Shown here: positions 36,568 to 48,500 of the stretch, piece after piece
Numbering within the stretch: position 1 is the first letter of the stretch
How the letters are laid out: each line of letters opens with the position of its first letter
From: Podarcis muralis
Lineage: Eukaryota
NCBI RefSeq assembly: GCF_964188315.1
Contig: NC_135667.1
Location: 26,908,001 to 26,972,000 of the forward strand
Length of the DNA: 64,000 nt
Direction: 5' to 3'
Made by a program: the position numbers and the translations under genes
Notes under the pieces: model-generated
The model's database searches: none
Seen by the model: only the letters and a program-made list of their open reading frames with translations
Told to the model about the DNA's origin: nothing

Positions 36568-38715
36568 TTGTTGTGGCAGCAGCATGGGTGCAGCCACAGG
36601 CGAGGGTGCAGTTGTGGTGGTGGACGGCATGGGTGGCACCCATGTGGGTGAGAAGGGACCCTGAATCTGCAGGGGGTGGGGTATGGCAGCATCAACAGTG
36701 GGAAGCAGCAGTGGGGAGGCATTTTGCATACAGAAGCAAAATGTTCCAGACCGCCCTTGCCAGCATAGGTGTCGGTTATATGGACTCCATTCTTAGACCA
36801 TATGCCACCAAAACTCCAAGGCATTTGTGGGACTTCCTGAGAAACTCAGCCAACTATATTGTTAATCCAGCCTAATCCAGTCAATAGAGTCTGCCCTTTT
36901 ATGGGACCTCTTCTTCCATCTCACCAAAAATACAAATGTGCCTCTGGAGATCTGGAGGCTTTCAATATTTATGCAAGCATGCATAAATATTTATGCATTA
37001 AAAAATATATATACTACAAAGTCATCAACGGAGTGTGCAATCTATGCAATTTATTTAAATGTCTAGCATAGGCTTATCAGCATAAGAGATTGTTGCCTAT
37101 GTTCTGCTGTCTATGGCTCTAGGGATGCTTCTACCATAACCAGAGCTTCAGTGCACAAATACCAACTACTGTCGACCATTGGACAACACACTGAAAAACA
37201 GCAAAAGAAAAACATACAAACAGAAAGATTCAGGAATTCTGCATAGATCTCTCCAGATGGTTTGAACACTGGATTATTATTCTGCACAGAGTTCTGTTGC
37301 CTCTCCAGACATGCTGAGATGACCAGCAAATGGCACCAGTTTATGACACAGTCTTAGCTGTGCTGAATGCTCTGCCATTCGCAGACTAAAAAGCAGCCCT
37401 GATATTCTAATTAAAGATGGTGGCAAAAAAAGGAGCTGTTGCCATCATGAACATGTGGGACTACAAATAGGAGGCTTAGAGGCGACTCTCTACCCACATA
37501 TTTTACAGGCTGCTATTTTCAGTCTTCAGTGAAAAATACTGGAATGAATGGCCAAATCTGTTGAGTCATTACATTGGAAAAATAGATCTGAGCCAGACAC
37601 ATTTGATTCCATCAATTTAAAATAGTTTCTTTACAAAAATTAGAAGGAATTCTGGTTTGCTTTATTTAAAAATAATGCTAACTAGCGCAATTCATCAGCT
37701 GAAGAGAATGATGAACTGGCCAAGACTGAATATTTCACTTTTATATACTCACCTGATTAAAGCTTTGATGCCACACGATTTGACTCGCATTAATGATTAA
37801 CTCTTTGCCTGGAGGAGCCTGAGGTTCCAGTCTTCCAACTTTCACTCTAACCACTGAACCATTGGGAAACATCAGCCAGTTTGTAACATCAAAACCTGTA
37901 ACTAATTCTCCATTTTCATCAAAATGCACAGTGTCTCCAACACTGTTGTTGAATATGGTTCTTCTTAGAAAGTAATGGACCTAGTTTGAAAAAGAATGTT
38001 AACAAGGGAATAACAGTTTCTTGAAATAATTTTAATATTTAGACCTCTTAGAAGTCTTGCCCTTTTTCAGACAGTATATTTATTCATTTTTATAAGAGTA
38101 TTAATAAATCAACAACTCATGTCCTGACCAGAGACGAATGGCTGGTGAAGATGATGGACTATGCCAAAATGGCAAAATTTACCAGGAAAATCAGAAACCA
38201 GGAAGAGAGAAACTTTAATAAGGAATGGGGGGAAATTACAAACTACCTAAGAGAACATTGTAAACAACTAAAAACTTTGGCAGGATTTGAGTAACGCTTG
38301 TAATGTACAAAAAAACTAAGGTAAAAATGGATTATTTTAAGAAAAATAGAGAAAATATATGATGCAGTTGAAAAAGATTGAAAATGGAAACCATGGAAAG
38401 GTGAAGGAAGTCTAAGGATTCAGAGAATCCTAAATGCTGATGGTTATGTCTAATGTTTCAAATTAAATGTCTAGTGTAAAACTGAATAAAAAAGATCATA
38501 AAAATAAATAAATAAATAAATCACCAACTCATAAATTCATGGCTATGCACCATAAAATTGTTAAAATATCATAACATTTTAAAATCATAAAGCACAGAAC
38601 TAATGACCAACATTTCTGTTCCGTTTCTATTTCTGGCTGTAATTTCTCTCTGTTAGATTCCAGATAATGGGGGAAATCACCATAATATTATGTGGTTTGC
38701 ACTATGTATCAAAAT

Positions 38716-38756
<41 letters not shown>

Positions 38757-40061
38757 TCAAAAAAACCCTGATGCAACTGTTTTATGTAAGTTCAAGAATT
38801 CATATTATGTTTGGGGCATAAACTAGCCTATTTTGTTATTATTGCTAAATTATGGAATTGTAATTACCTGCCATGGTTGCATATTCTGAAATGCATGTCT
38901 CCCGACCAACCTTTTAAGTTTGGAGCTGGATTTATATATAGCATTCAAAGCATGTGCCACAGCATAGACAGCATTGTAGATATTGTAGCTGTGGCCAGTC
39001 ATGCTCATTTCAAACAATATTCCAGAAATGCTCTCCAACTTTTCAGACCCAGTGCAACTTTTTTTTCCGTCTTCCTCCTCCTCCTCCTGCTCCCATTTAG
39101 ACATTTTTAATGAACAGGCGAATGCCTGTTTCCAGAAGTCCTTGATAAACCCATCTTCTTTGTTCCAGTAAGGTCTTATCTTCTGAATGAACTTTTGGAA
39201 TCCTGATGGCTCATTTGAGTGAACTGCGAAGGATATGGAACCATGAAAGGCTTGTATGTCCCAAATCTTTTGAACAGAGAGAGATGCAAAATCCCAGTGG
39301 GATGTAATAATCCATACTTTACTGAAAGGTGGCAGTGACAAGAAAGGTGCTAGAAAGAGCAACACTCTCAAAACCTGAAAGGATGGAGGTTCTCCATATA
39401 CAAAGACTGCAGTGGCTTTTTTCTCCGTGATAATGTGAAAGCTTCTCAGCCGCTGTATAAGCAAGGCTATCAACTCATCCACAAAAGAACGTTTTGGTAT
39501 TCTTACTATGAAGGCATAACAGATATTGTTTTGGGAAAGCAGTGGCACCATTGTCTGTAAAAAGCGGTCCCCTTTGTCATCATTCACAGCCAAGAGCCCA
39601 ACCCACGTCCATCCAAAATGCTGAAATAACTGCACAGCTCCCACGTATTGCTGGGCTTCATTGGGTACCATCTGGTACAAAAAGGGGAACAGCCTTTTGG
39701 TACATTTTGCTTTCAAAAATGACCCATAAGTGATCTGAAATAAAGAATATAAGTAACCTTCACATAAAATAAAAGAGTGTGTTAAATATTGCTATCTAAG
39801 AGTTAGAATCTACTAGGCCATCAGGAGTTAACAAAAACAGTTGTTAAGCCTCTTCTTAACCATCACCTATTACCCTTTAGTAATTCATTCTCTCTTCGAA
39901 TTGGGCTTACCATTAATACATTTCTCATAATTTTCAACCCAATATTGTCCTGACTCCTTGAGCAAGAGAGTGCAAGTCTTTGCCCTCTTTGATGTGATTA
40001 CCATTCAGATATTTGGCATTTGAAGAGTGCTTAAAATGTCCACCTCCCACAAAAAGTCTCA

Positions 40062-40102
<41 letters not shown>

Positions 40103-42352
40103 CCTCCCTCCCTCCCTCCCTCTCTCTCTCTCTCTAATTTTTATTAAATTTTCTGTTTTACAATTTAAAGTACTCATTTTTACATCCTTAAGATATCAAT
40201 GACTTCTCTTCTCTTTCCATGGTTTATTTTGCATATCATAAATCCCTGCATATTTTACAAAAACTATACCATTCAGTATTCCATTATTACATCGATCAAA
40301 ACTTATTTGCACTGTTGAATTCATCTTAATGCTGCTAGCGTTTTCAGCTGTACACAGTTATTTCCCATATATTCAATAAACATTTTCCAATCTTCTCTAA
40401 ACATATGTTATTCTTGTTCTCTTATTCTATATGTTAAGTCTGCAAGCTGTGCATATTCTGTCAATTTAAGTTGCCACTCTTCTTTAGTTGGGACTTCGCT
40501 CATTTTCCATTTGGGGGCTAACAAAACATGGGCCGCAGTAGTGGCATACATAAATAACCTTTTTTGACACCTGGGAATTTCACCTGGGAGCACTTTCAAA
40601 CATTTTTTTCAGTTCATTATGTATCATTTCCCATAATTCTCCTATTCTCACGGTTAACTATACCCAGTTTCCTCGACCTTCTCCCATTCCCATCTCCCTT
40701 TAAGAAAGATCCAGGTAGACTGAAACAGGTTCAAAAGAGGACAATGAAGAAAAGGGCAGCACTTTACTGCCCATGACCTGAAAACTATCAATCTATTACT
40801 GCAATGCAAAATAGCATTAGTCTTTCATCTGATAATTATTTTACCATTATGACCTACCTCTAGTATGTTTGCTAACAAAAATAAAATAGGGGAACTTTTC
40901 AAATGTTTGATTGAAATTGTTGTGAAACCTACAAACCTCTATACTGACAGCTTACCTGTGGAGTCTTGTGGACTGCTGAAATGATTGCCACGTTGGCAGA
41001 GATTTCAGAGACACATCCTGCAATGAAAGCAATCAGATTGCTCTGGTTGTCACACTTGAAGTTTGGGGTAAATCTATGGTGTGCAGAAAGCAGGCTCAGG
41101 GTGGCCTTATAGGTCATCCTTGCAGAATAGTAGCTATCGAGGATGCGGAACCCCAGAGACATATTTGATAAGATGTTGGGATTCTCATTGATCTCTTTGA
41201 CAGCAAATGCTAATGCCAGAATATGCTGGTAGTTCTTAGGTACTGATCTGTAATAAGAGCTACAGTTGTTTAATGGAGTAATCAGAAAAACAAGGGGAGA
41301 AAGGATTTTTCCCACTTGTTCTGTTCCACTGTGCCCTGTTCCGCTGCCCATTCCACCTTGGTGTCCACCGATGGGGCATATATGAAGCCTGTTCAGGCTG
41401 AAAGAGGCAGTCTGCATAGCACTTCTGAATCATGCACGCACTTGGTGCCTTGGGAGGGGAGAGCCACCCTATTTAAGGGCTGAATGGCTGCCTCTCTCCC
41501 TCTTCTTTTCCTTAGAGCCACACCCTCTGCCCCTCCCTGTCTCTCAATTTGATTTGTAGTTGCTTCAGAGCTGAATACAGTGGTACCTTGGTTCTCGAAT
41601 GTAATCCGTTCCAGAAGTCCATTCAACTTCCAATACATTCAAAAACCAAGGTGCGGCTTCTGACACCCCAGAAACAATAGCCGACAGCTGCATCGGACAT
41701 TTGGCTTCCGAAAAACGTTCGAAAACCAGAACACTTACTTCCAGGTTTTCAGCGTTCGGGAGCCAAAATGTTTGAGTACCAAGGCATTCGAGAACCAAGG
41801 TTCTGCTGTAGTAACTGTTGGCTGACCCACCTTGTCTGTGAGCTGTGGTTTGATATATTTTTTCCTGAATAATGGGGTGATAAGCAGTAGATGGTCTCAG
41901 GGACGGATCTACTATGAAAAAAGCACTCTGTAACAGTTTCAATCAAACAAGAAATATACAATAAGTTAAAGTCAATTGAAGCAAAAGATAACGGATCATT
42001 TGTATGAATCGTAATGTTGCTTAATGATGAGCTCTCAGTCATTGCGATCTGAACTATTATAGAATATGAGGCAAAAGGGGGAAATGCCTTACATTGGTTC
42101 ATCAATCAATATATGTGCTGGCTGCTCCGTGAAAGAGAGGTTGTTATAGAGGAAGAAGACTTGAGAAACAATCCCACCAATGACAAACTCTCCTGGTTGG
42201 TAAAATTCATGAGGAATAGGATGAGGATCATCAAATATGGAACAATTAATAGAATGGATCTTGCATACAGTATGACACAGCATTACAAGCAGCAACATCA
42301 CCACCAGCACAATTCGGTTGACAAAAGGTCCCCTCCGAACATAGATTCCCAT
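34098..42352 (-). CDS. Vmn2r: Vomeronasal type 2 receptor B, complete 6-exon gene, ~891 aa
   Basis: Exons 42352-42093, 41247-40956, 39734-38868, 37980-37753, 35765-35639, 34999-34098, in phase (2676 nt). Close paralogue of A. Confidence 0.9.
36019..36359 (-). mobile_element. Full-length Sauria SINE with 13-bp TSD
   Basis: Reverse-complement SINE flanked by CTTGTATGAAGTA on both sides. Confidence 0.9.
36533..36566. repeat. (CTG)n microsatellite
   Basis: Directly visible; produces the poly-Q/poly-C/poly-A ORFs. Confidence 0.95.
38115..38520 (+). mobile_element. L1 LINE 3' end
   Basis: Encodes [20 protein letters not shown]-like L1 ORF2 C-terminus; (TAAA)n tail. Confidence 0.7.
40065..40135. 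repeat. (CT)n/(CCCT)n microsatellite
   Basis: Directly visible. Confidence 0.95.
40136..40600 (-). mobile_element. L1 LINE 3' end
   Basis: ORF 40408-40599 [18 protein letters not shown]...[10 protein letters not shown]. Confidence 0.8.
41578..41808. mobile_element. Tc1/mariner-type MITE (CAGTGGTACCTTGGTTCTCGAA family)
   Basis: TIRs and TA flanks. Related inverted copy at 51991-52231. Confidence 0.8.
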
Positions 42353-43218
42353 GTTCCTATCTACAGCATCATTTGAGACTATGACCAGTTTTGATACAAT
42401 CTTCCTTAAATTGTGGTTGGTTCTGCTGCTACACTTGGTTATAGCTTGATCTGTGAGATAATATGTGTGCCAGTACTCTAGTCATATATTTATTAATGGC
42501 TCATTGTACACCAGTGTCGTTGAACAGATTGTTTTCTTTATCTCTTCACTTTATCATCCAGCACTGAGTGACAACTATACTTTTTTCTATTAAATCTAGT
42601 CATATGTTTACCCTCTTCATCTATGGATATAAATAACTTTGTCCTTTGCATACCAAGGTAGAAAGGCTTTCTCAGAGAATTATCTATCAGCTTGCCCCCC
42701 AAAAAAATACAAAGTATATGAAAGAGAAGTAGTGGATTAGCAGGAAGCAGGAAGGGAAATAGAAGATGAACAGAGTAATTACCAAGAATGTGAAACAGGG
42801 ATACTCATGGTTTACATTTGTGGCTTAAGGATCATGGTGGAGTCAGCCAGTGGAAGTGTACACCATCATTTAAAGGGGACATCATCGTAGAAACAATGAC
42901 AGAGTCCTGCCTATACCTACATCGGCATCTGAATAACAGAAGGGTTTTATAGCTTTTTCCAAATTCTGATTGTTGTTCTTGCTAATGGGCTATGGAAATC
43001 CATTATGTCAGAGGATGGAAACCAGTAATTTTGACAATGATAGGGGTGATTAGCCCTCAAAGTATGATTGGCTTTTTAAGTTGCATCATGTTTGATGAAG
43101 CTGCTAGGAATTTTCCCCCTGTAGAATGATTAATTTCCTCTTAGAGAGCTATTAACTAAGTCATTGGACATTCCCCCAGTGGCTCCCGGCTATTAAGCAT
43201 CCTTCTGTTATTCTTATA

Positions 43219-43451
43219 CAGTCATACCTCTTGTTACGTTTGCTTCAGGTTAAATCTTTTCAGGTTGCGTCCCGCGGCAACCCGGAAGTACTTCCGGGTT
43301 TCACCACTCGCGCATGCACAGGTGTTCAAAATGATGTCACGTGCATGCACAGAAGCGGCGAATCGCGACCCACGCAGATGTGGGTTGCATTCTGCTTATG
43401 TTGTGAACGGGGCTCCGAAATGGATCCCGTTCACAACCAGAGGTACCACTG
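43219..43451. mobile_element. Tc1/mariner-type MITE
   Basis: TA|CAGTCATACCTCTTGTT ... AACCAGAGGTACCACTG|TA. Confidence 0.75.
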
Positions 43452-43804
43452 TATGTATTTACTTATGAAGTACTACTGCTTCTGGATGAAGCAAACAGAA
43501 ACACAATTTGCTTACAATCTGACTTTTGACAGGTTGCATGGGAATAAAGGCAAGAGTCGTGGCCATTGCTCTGTGACCCACACAGACTTTTATCCATAAT
43601 TTAAGTAGCACTCAAAGCAAAAAAAGTTTGGGGGGGGGCTGAAACCCTAGAAATTAATAAATACTAGTGAAGGAACAGGTTACCCAAGCCTGAACACAGA
43701 GCGACCCGAACCAGGCCCCAATAACTCCCGCATTCCTTCTTCAGGGGTCCATTAGCTAAAATCCATTAACTTGAGCACTTGAGCCAATGTATAACAGGAA
43801 CCCA

Positions 43805-44330
43805 GCTGTACAAACAAAGCCTCTCCTTTATCAGTCCAGGAAGGCTTAGTGATGGATGGCCTTGTCAGTTCCGAGTGGAGCGAGTGGAGACGGGATGGAA
43901 GATCTGGGTCTTATCTTGTAGGTTGTAAATATCCTGGCCACTCTGACGCACAGACTTTGCCTGTCAGGCCTGTCAGCCCCCACTCCCGGAGACGGCGCCA
44001 GGGGAAACTCCTATAGCTGGGTGACCTTCTTGCCCTAAGATAAGCACACAGGAACCGGAATATCTGTTTATGCTCAAGGATGCTCAAGGAGATCAACTTA
44101 CTCACGAGGCAGGATTCCTGGGGAAGGGGCAAAGGGGGTCTGGAGGGAATATATACTGTATGAAAATTCTCTTTCAGTGTGCTTGCTGTGAACTGACCAC
44201 GCAAGTGCCTTTCTGCTGCTCTGGAGAGCAGAAATAAAAAACTCTTTCTCTGAACCAACCTCTGTGTCTTTTGACTCCTTCCTCCCTCTCCGGAAGCAAC
44301 GCTCACCCAACCAATCGGTAAAGCCTAAGA
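43805..44330 (+). mobile_element. Possible solo LTR (duplicated at ~59190-59710)
   Basis: TATA-like GGAATATATACT at ~44148, then AATAAA at ~44234 and a CT/GT-rich U5-like tract. Ends not resolved. Confidence 0.3.
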
Positions 44331-45500
44331 AGGCTACACTAGGATTTTGATTATTTGGGTTATGAAGGGAGAATGCAAGCTGCAGAGTAATTCCTGGGCT
44401 AGCCTATGCAAAATGACCTGGCTCAACTGGGGCCATTAAGGAACAATAGAGGGCCATTGAGAGACATTGCAAGACAAGAGAAGAATCCCTGCCTCCTGCC
44501 CTGAGGTGTAAACAGAGACTGGGTTTGGAAGGTGGCCAGGGTAACTGGGTGTAAGCTGACAGGAAAATAAAGTTTTGATTTAGGTAGGTAGACATGTTGG
44601 TCTGACACAGTCGAAATATAAAAATAATAAAAAATAAATAAAAATAAATTGTGCAGTAGCACCTTAGAGACCAACTTAGTGCCTGCTGAGCCAGGAATGA
44701 GTCCACTGAGTTGGCGATCATCCTAAATTGCTCATCTCAGTGGATCTACACTTGGAGGAACATACCAAAGCTTCCTCATACTGAGCCAAGCCATTAGTCC
44801 ACCTAGATCAGGGTTGTCTACACTATGATTTCAGCCCTAGCTAGAGATGCCAGGGATTGAACTTGGGACCTTCTGCATGTAACGAAGAAGCTGTACCATT
44901 GACCTATGACCCTTTCCAAAAGGAAATCCATGAATGTCGAAAGTGTGTTTTCTTTCTCCAGAGATGGGAAATTTTTCATCGTAGTCTCTCTCAGACCTGT
45001 CCTACAGCCTTTTTTTTTTTTTTTTACTGAAGGGCTATAGGCTGAAGTCTTTAATGGCAAGTTATGCTTCCAGACAACGCTATCCAGTGCATAGTAAATA
45101 CTTCCTTTCATGAATGACAAACAGGTGTTCTCCAGCAATGCCATAGAGGCTTTGAGCTGAGTCCCCTGTAATTACCATAAGGACGGGAGTTAACTCTGGA
45201 ACTTGCAGAGTCCTCTCTGGAAATCTAGTGACTAATAAGAAAAGAAATAATATGCTTTGTGAAGGGCGGTATAAATACTCCCATGCACTCCAGTACCAGG
45301 GTCTCAGGAGCAACAAGGCTCCATCAGGCTGATTTCTGGTACTCTGTGTTTGATAATGATGGATTTGGTCTTATCTGCAAACAGAATGATCATTTGGGTC
45401 AGTCAAAACAGTCTGGTGCAATTACAGGGATTATAAAGATTGAGATTTCCCTGTTTGCATCTCCTGCAACCTGTGTTCATATCATACATTTGTACTCAGG

Positions 45501-48500
45501 ATGTTGATGTTAGTATTAATGTTGCTGCTTCTACTGCCTCACACAGCATGCCAAAACCAGAAGGTTCAATGTGGGATGCAGCACTCCCAGCCTTCTCTTC
45601 CCGGATATTATCAGTCAGGAGATTTCATCTTTGGATGCATTGTTCCAGTTGCCTTCAACAAACATTCTCGTGGGCCACAACAATTACCTAAAAAGTTTGT
45701 ATAAAGAAAAAATTCTCCCTGGTACTCTACTTCTGTCTAGACGGTTGGAGAGCCAGGGCGATCTAATTAAAGACTAGCTCTAGATTGCATTCTGTAGCTG
45801 AAAGGGAATAGATGCAACAGTACACCTTTGCAAACCTGGCTTGAACACTGCAAAGTAATTTCACTTTGAAAACGTGATCATGCATTAGGAAGAGATAAGG
45901 AGGGAAACTGCACAGGAATCTCATGATCTGTGTGTGAATAGAAAAACAAGTAGCCTCCAGACAATGTGTGCTGCAGGCAGCATTGATTAAAGAGGGGAAT
46001 TGCAAGGAAGAAGGTCTTTTCCTCCTGGGTAAAAAGTCACTTGGCATATATTGAGGCTTTAAATGATTCTTCTTCATTCTTTTTGCATCTCCATCCTCTT
46101 CAAGCTCTCTTCCCTATTGGACTTTCTTTCATTCCAGGATGAAGTGAATAGAAATATGACTAACCTCCAGGCAATTGCTTACTAGAATGTGGGGTTGGCA
46201 ACATTAATTAAAGAGGCATTTTTTCCTGTAAAGGTGTCCATGTACAAAAAAGCTACCATGTATTGCGAGTTGGAGACATTATCTGACTTATATTTGCATT
46301 GCATCCTCTTCCTATTCTTAGTTCTCTTCCCTGTCAGCTTGATTTCATCCCAGGATTGTCTCACGCTGTTGAGAATCCTGTGAACCTACTGTAAATCCGG
46401 TGTATTTGAACTCCACAAACCAAGCTGCCTCCCCCCAAAAAATTGGATGACAGTGCAGTTCCAAAAAAAAAAAAAAAAATCGCCCCACCCTGCTTTATTT
46501 CAGTATCATCAGGAGCCGAACCCTCACATCTAAATCTCCTTTATGTAATGATGCAAAATAGTATTATAGGGTGGAGGTGGGAAGAGGGGTGTAATTTAGG
46601 AAAGTAAGAAGAGCTTTAAGTTTGTGTGCATTCATTTTAGTACACCCTGTGGCAAATAATTTGCCTTAATTGAATAGAGCATGTTTCACCTTGGTTGATC
46701 CAATTTACATCCTATGCCCTTTTAAAAAAAATTTTTGGGGGGGAGGAGAGGGTTGGGTTGTTTTTGTTTTTATTAGGTATTTTGCGGTTTTATATCTTGA
46801 TTTTATTCTGTGAACTGAGACCCCCAGGAATAGGGTGGTATATAAATTCAAAGAATAAAACTAATACTAATACTAATAATGTCAGTTAATATAGGCTTGT
46901 GGACTGATATGCTGTCTTATTCCTGTTTTACTTACTACAGTTTAAAGAAACATAGTGTATATTTTCACGAATGACAAAAAAAATCAAAAATTAGAAAGTG
47001 TAGGATATGTTTAAGACACAAAATGTTGATCTCTTTTTAGCATAGCGGCTGAGAACTACCAGCAGATGCCTAGGAAGAGAAAGGGATAGAAGCTGCACAG
47101 GCATCTAATGATCTATATGTGTGAATAGGCAAAGGCTTATTAGAATGTGTTGCAGGCAACAATAATTAAAGAGGAGGCCTTTTAAAAAAATCCATAATAC
47201 AGGTTCGGAAAGTGTATAAGATGTTTATGAAACAAAATGTCAATCTCTTTTAAGCATAATAACTGAGAACTACCAGCACATCCTGGCTTTGGCATTTGCT
47301 GTAAAGGAGATCAATGAAAATCCCCAGATCCTACCCAATATTACACTTGGATTCGGCATCCAGGACAGCTATTTGAATCCAAATTTGATTTCTCGTGCCG
47401 TAATGGAATTTATTTCTCCCAAAAACAATTTTCTCCCCTATTACAACTGTGATATCCAGAACAATCTACTGGCAGTCATTGGGGAACTGACATCTGAATT
47501 CTCCCACTCAATATCAAATGTTTTCAATATTTACAAGATTCCACAGGTAAATCACCTCATTTCTAAATAGCATGCAGGCTTCCTCTACCTTTCATTCTAG
47601 AAATGCACTAATCCCAATTATGTAGATTTGTCCAGAAATGGGGGAGATATTAAATTCACATGTAAAGGCAAACTTTCCGAAACAAGATCTGAACTAAAAA
47701 ATAAAATAAAATACAGCCAGCTTTTGAAATTTATGTTTCTCCTGATTTTGCAATGCATATAGAAATGCATATGCTGGTGTAAAAGTGTGTGTATGAGTGC
47801 ATATATATTAGAGAATTGCATTGCAATAAGGGAATATTGCTAAAAGGTCTATATTTTGAGAAATTCACAAATGTTGTTGAATTTTCATCACAAACAGATG
47901 TGAAAATATAGAGTACAGAAGGGAAGACTGGAAAAGTAAGATACTGAGAGAAGCTGAAATTGCCACGTTCCCTCATTCCTGTTTGACATTGGCATCTGCC
48001 TAGGGCTAAGGAACAGAACTGCAGTTAAGACAATGCCTTTCCCACTTGAATGAAAGTGCAACCATTTCCCCATTATGTCAGCACTTTTACAACATAGCAT
48101 GGATGGATGGATGAAGGTGTGACAAGCATGGCGGCACTTTTTCCTCTCATGCCATTGGGCCCACTCTCACTTAGATAAATACACACACACACACCCACGA
48201 ACAACCCTTTACCTGAAGGTTTCTTTTCCTTTACTCTTAAAATTCTAGCCCTGAGTAGCCTGTGGGGGACCTTTGTGAGGGGATAATTAGTAAGTTGGAG
48301 TCTCAGACAGGTTTTCTTTAAATAAGCAATAAAGATTTATTTAAGGCAAGATAGTATAAAAGATAGTATATAAAACAAATGGGTTAAATGTAGGTTACTT
48401 CAGGAATACAGTACAATTTTGCTTTAATTCATCCTCAGTTGTTTTTGCGTTATAGGTTTGGCTCCTTTATACGGTGATACAGTGGTACCTCGGGTTACAT

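Noticed and set aside
36197-36875. Poly-Q, poly-C and poly-A ORFs
   Set aside because: Frames of a (CTG)n microsatellite next to a SINE; no splice or domain support.
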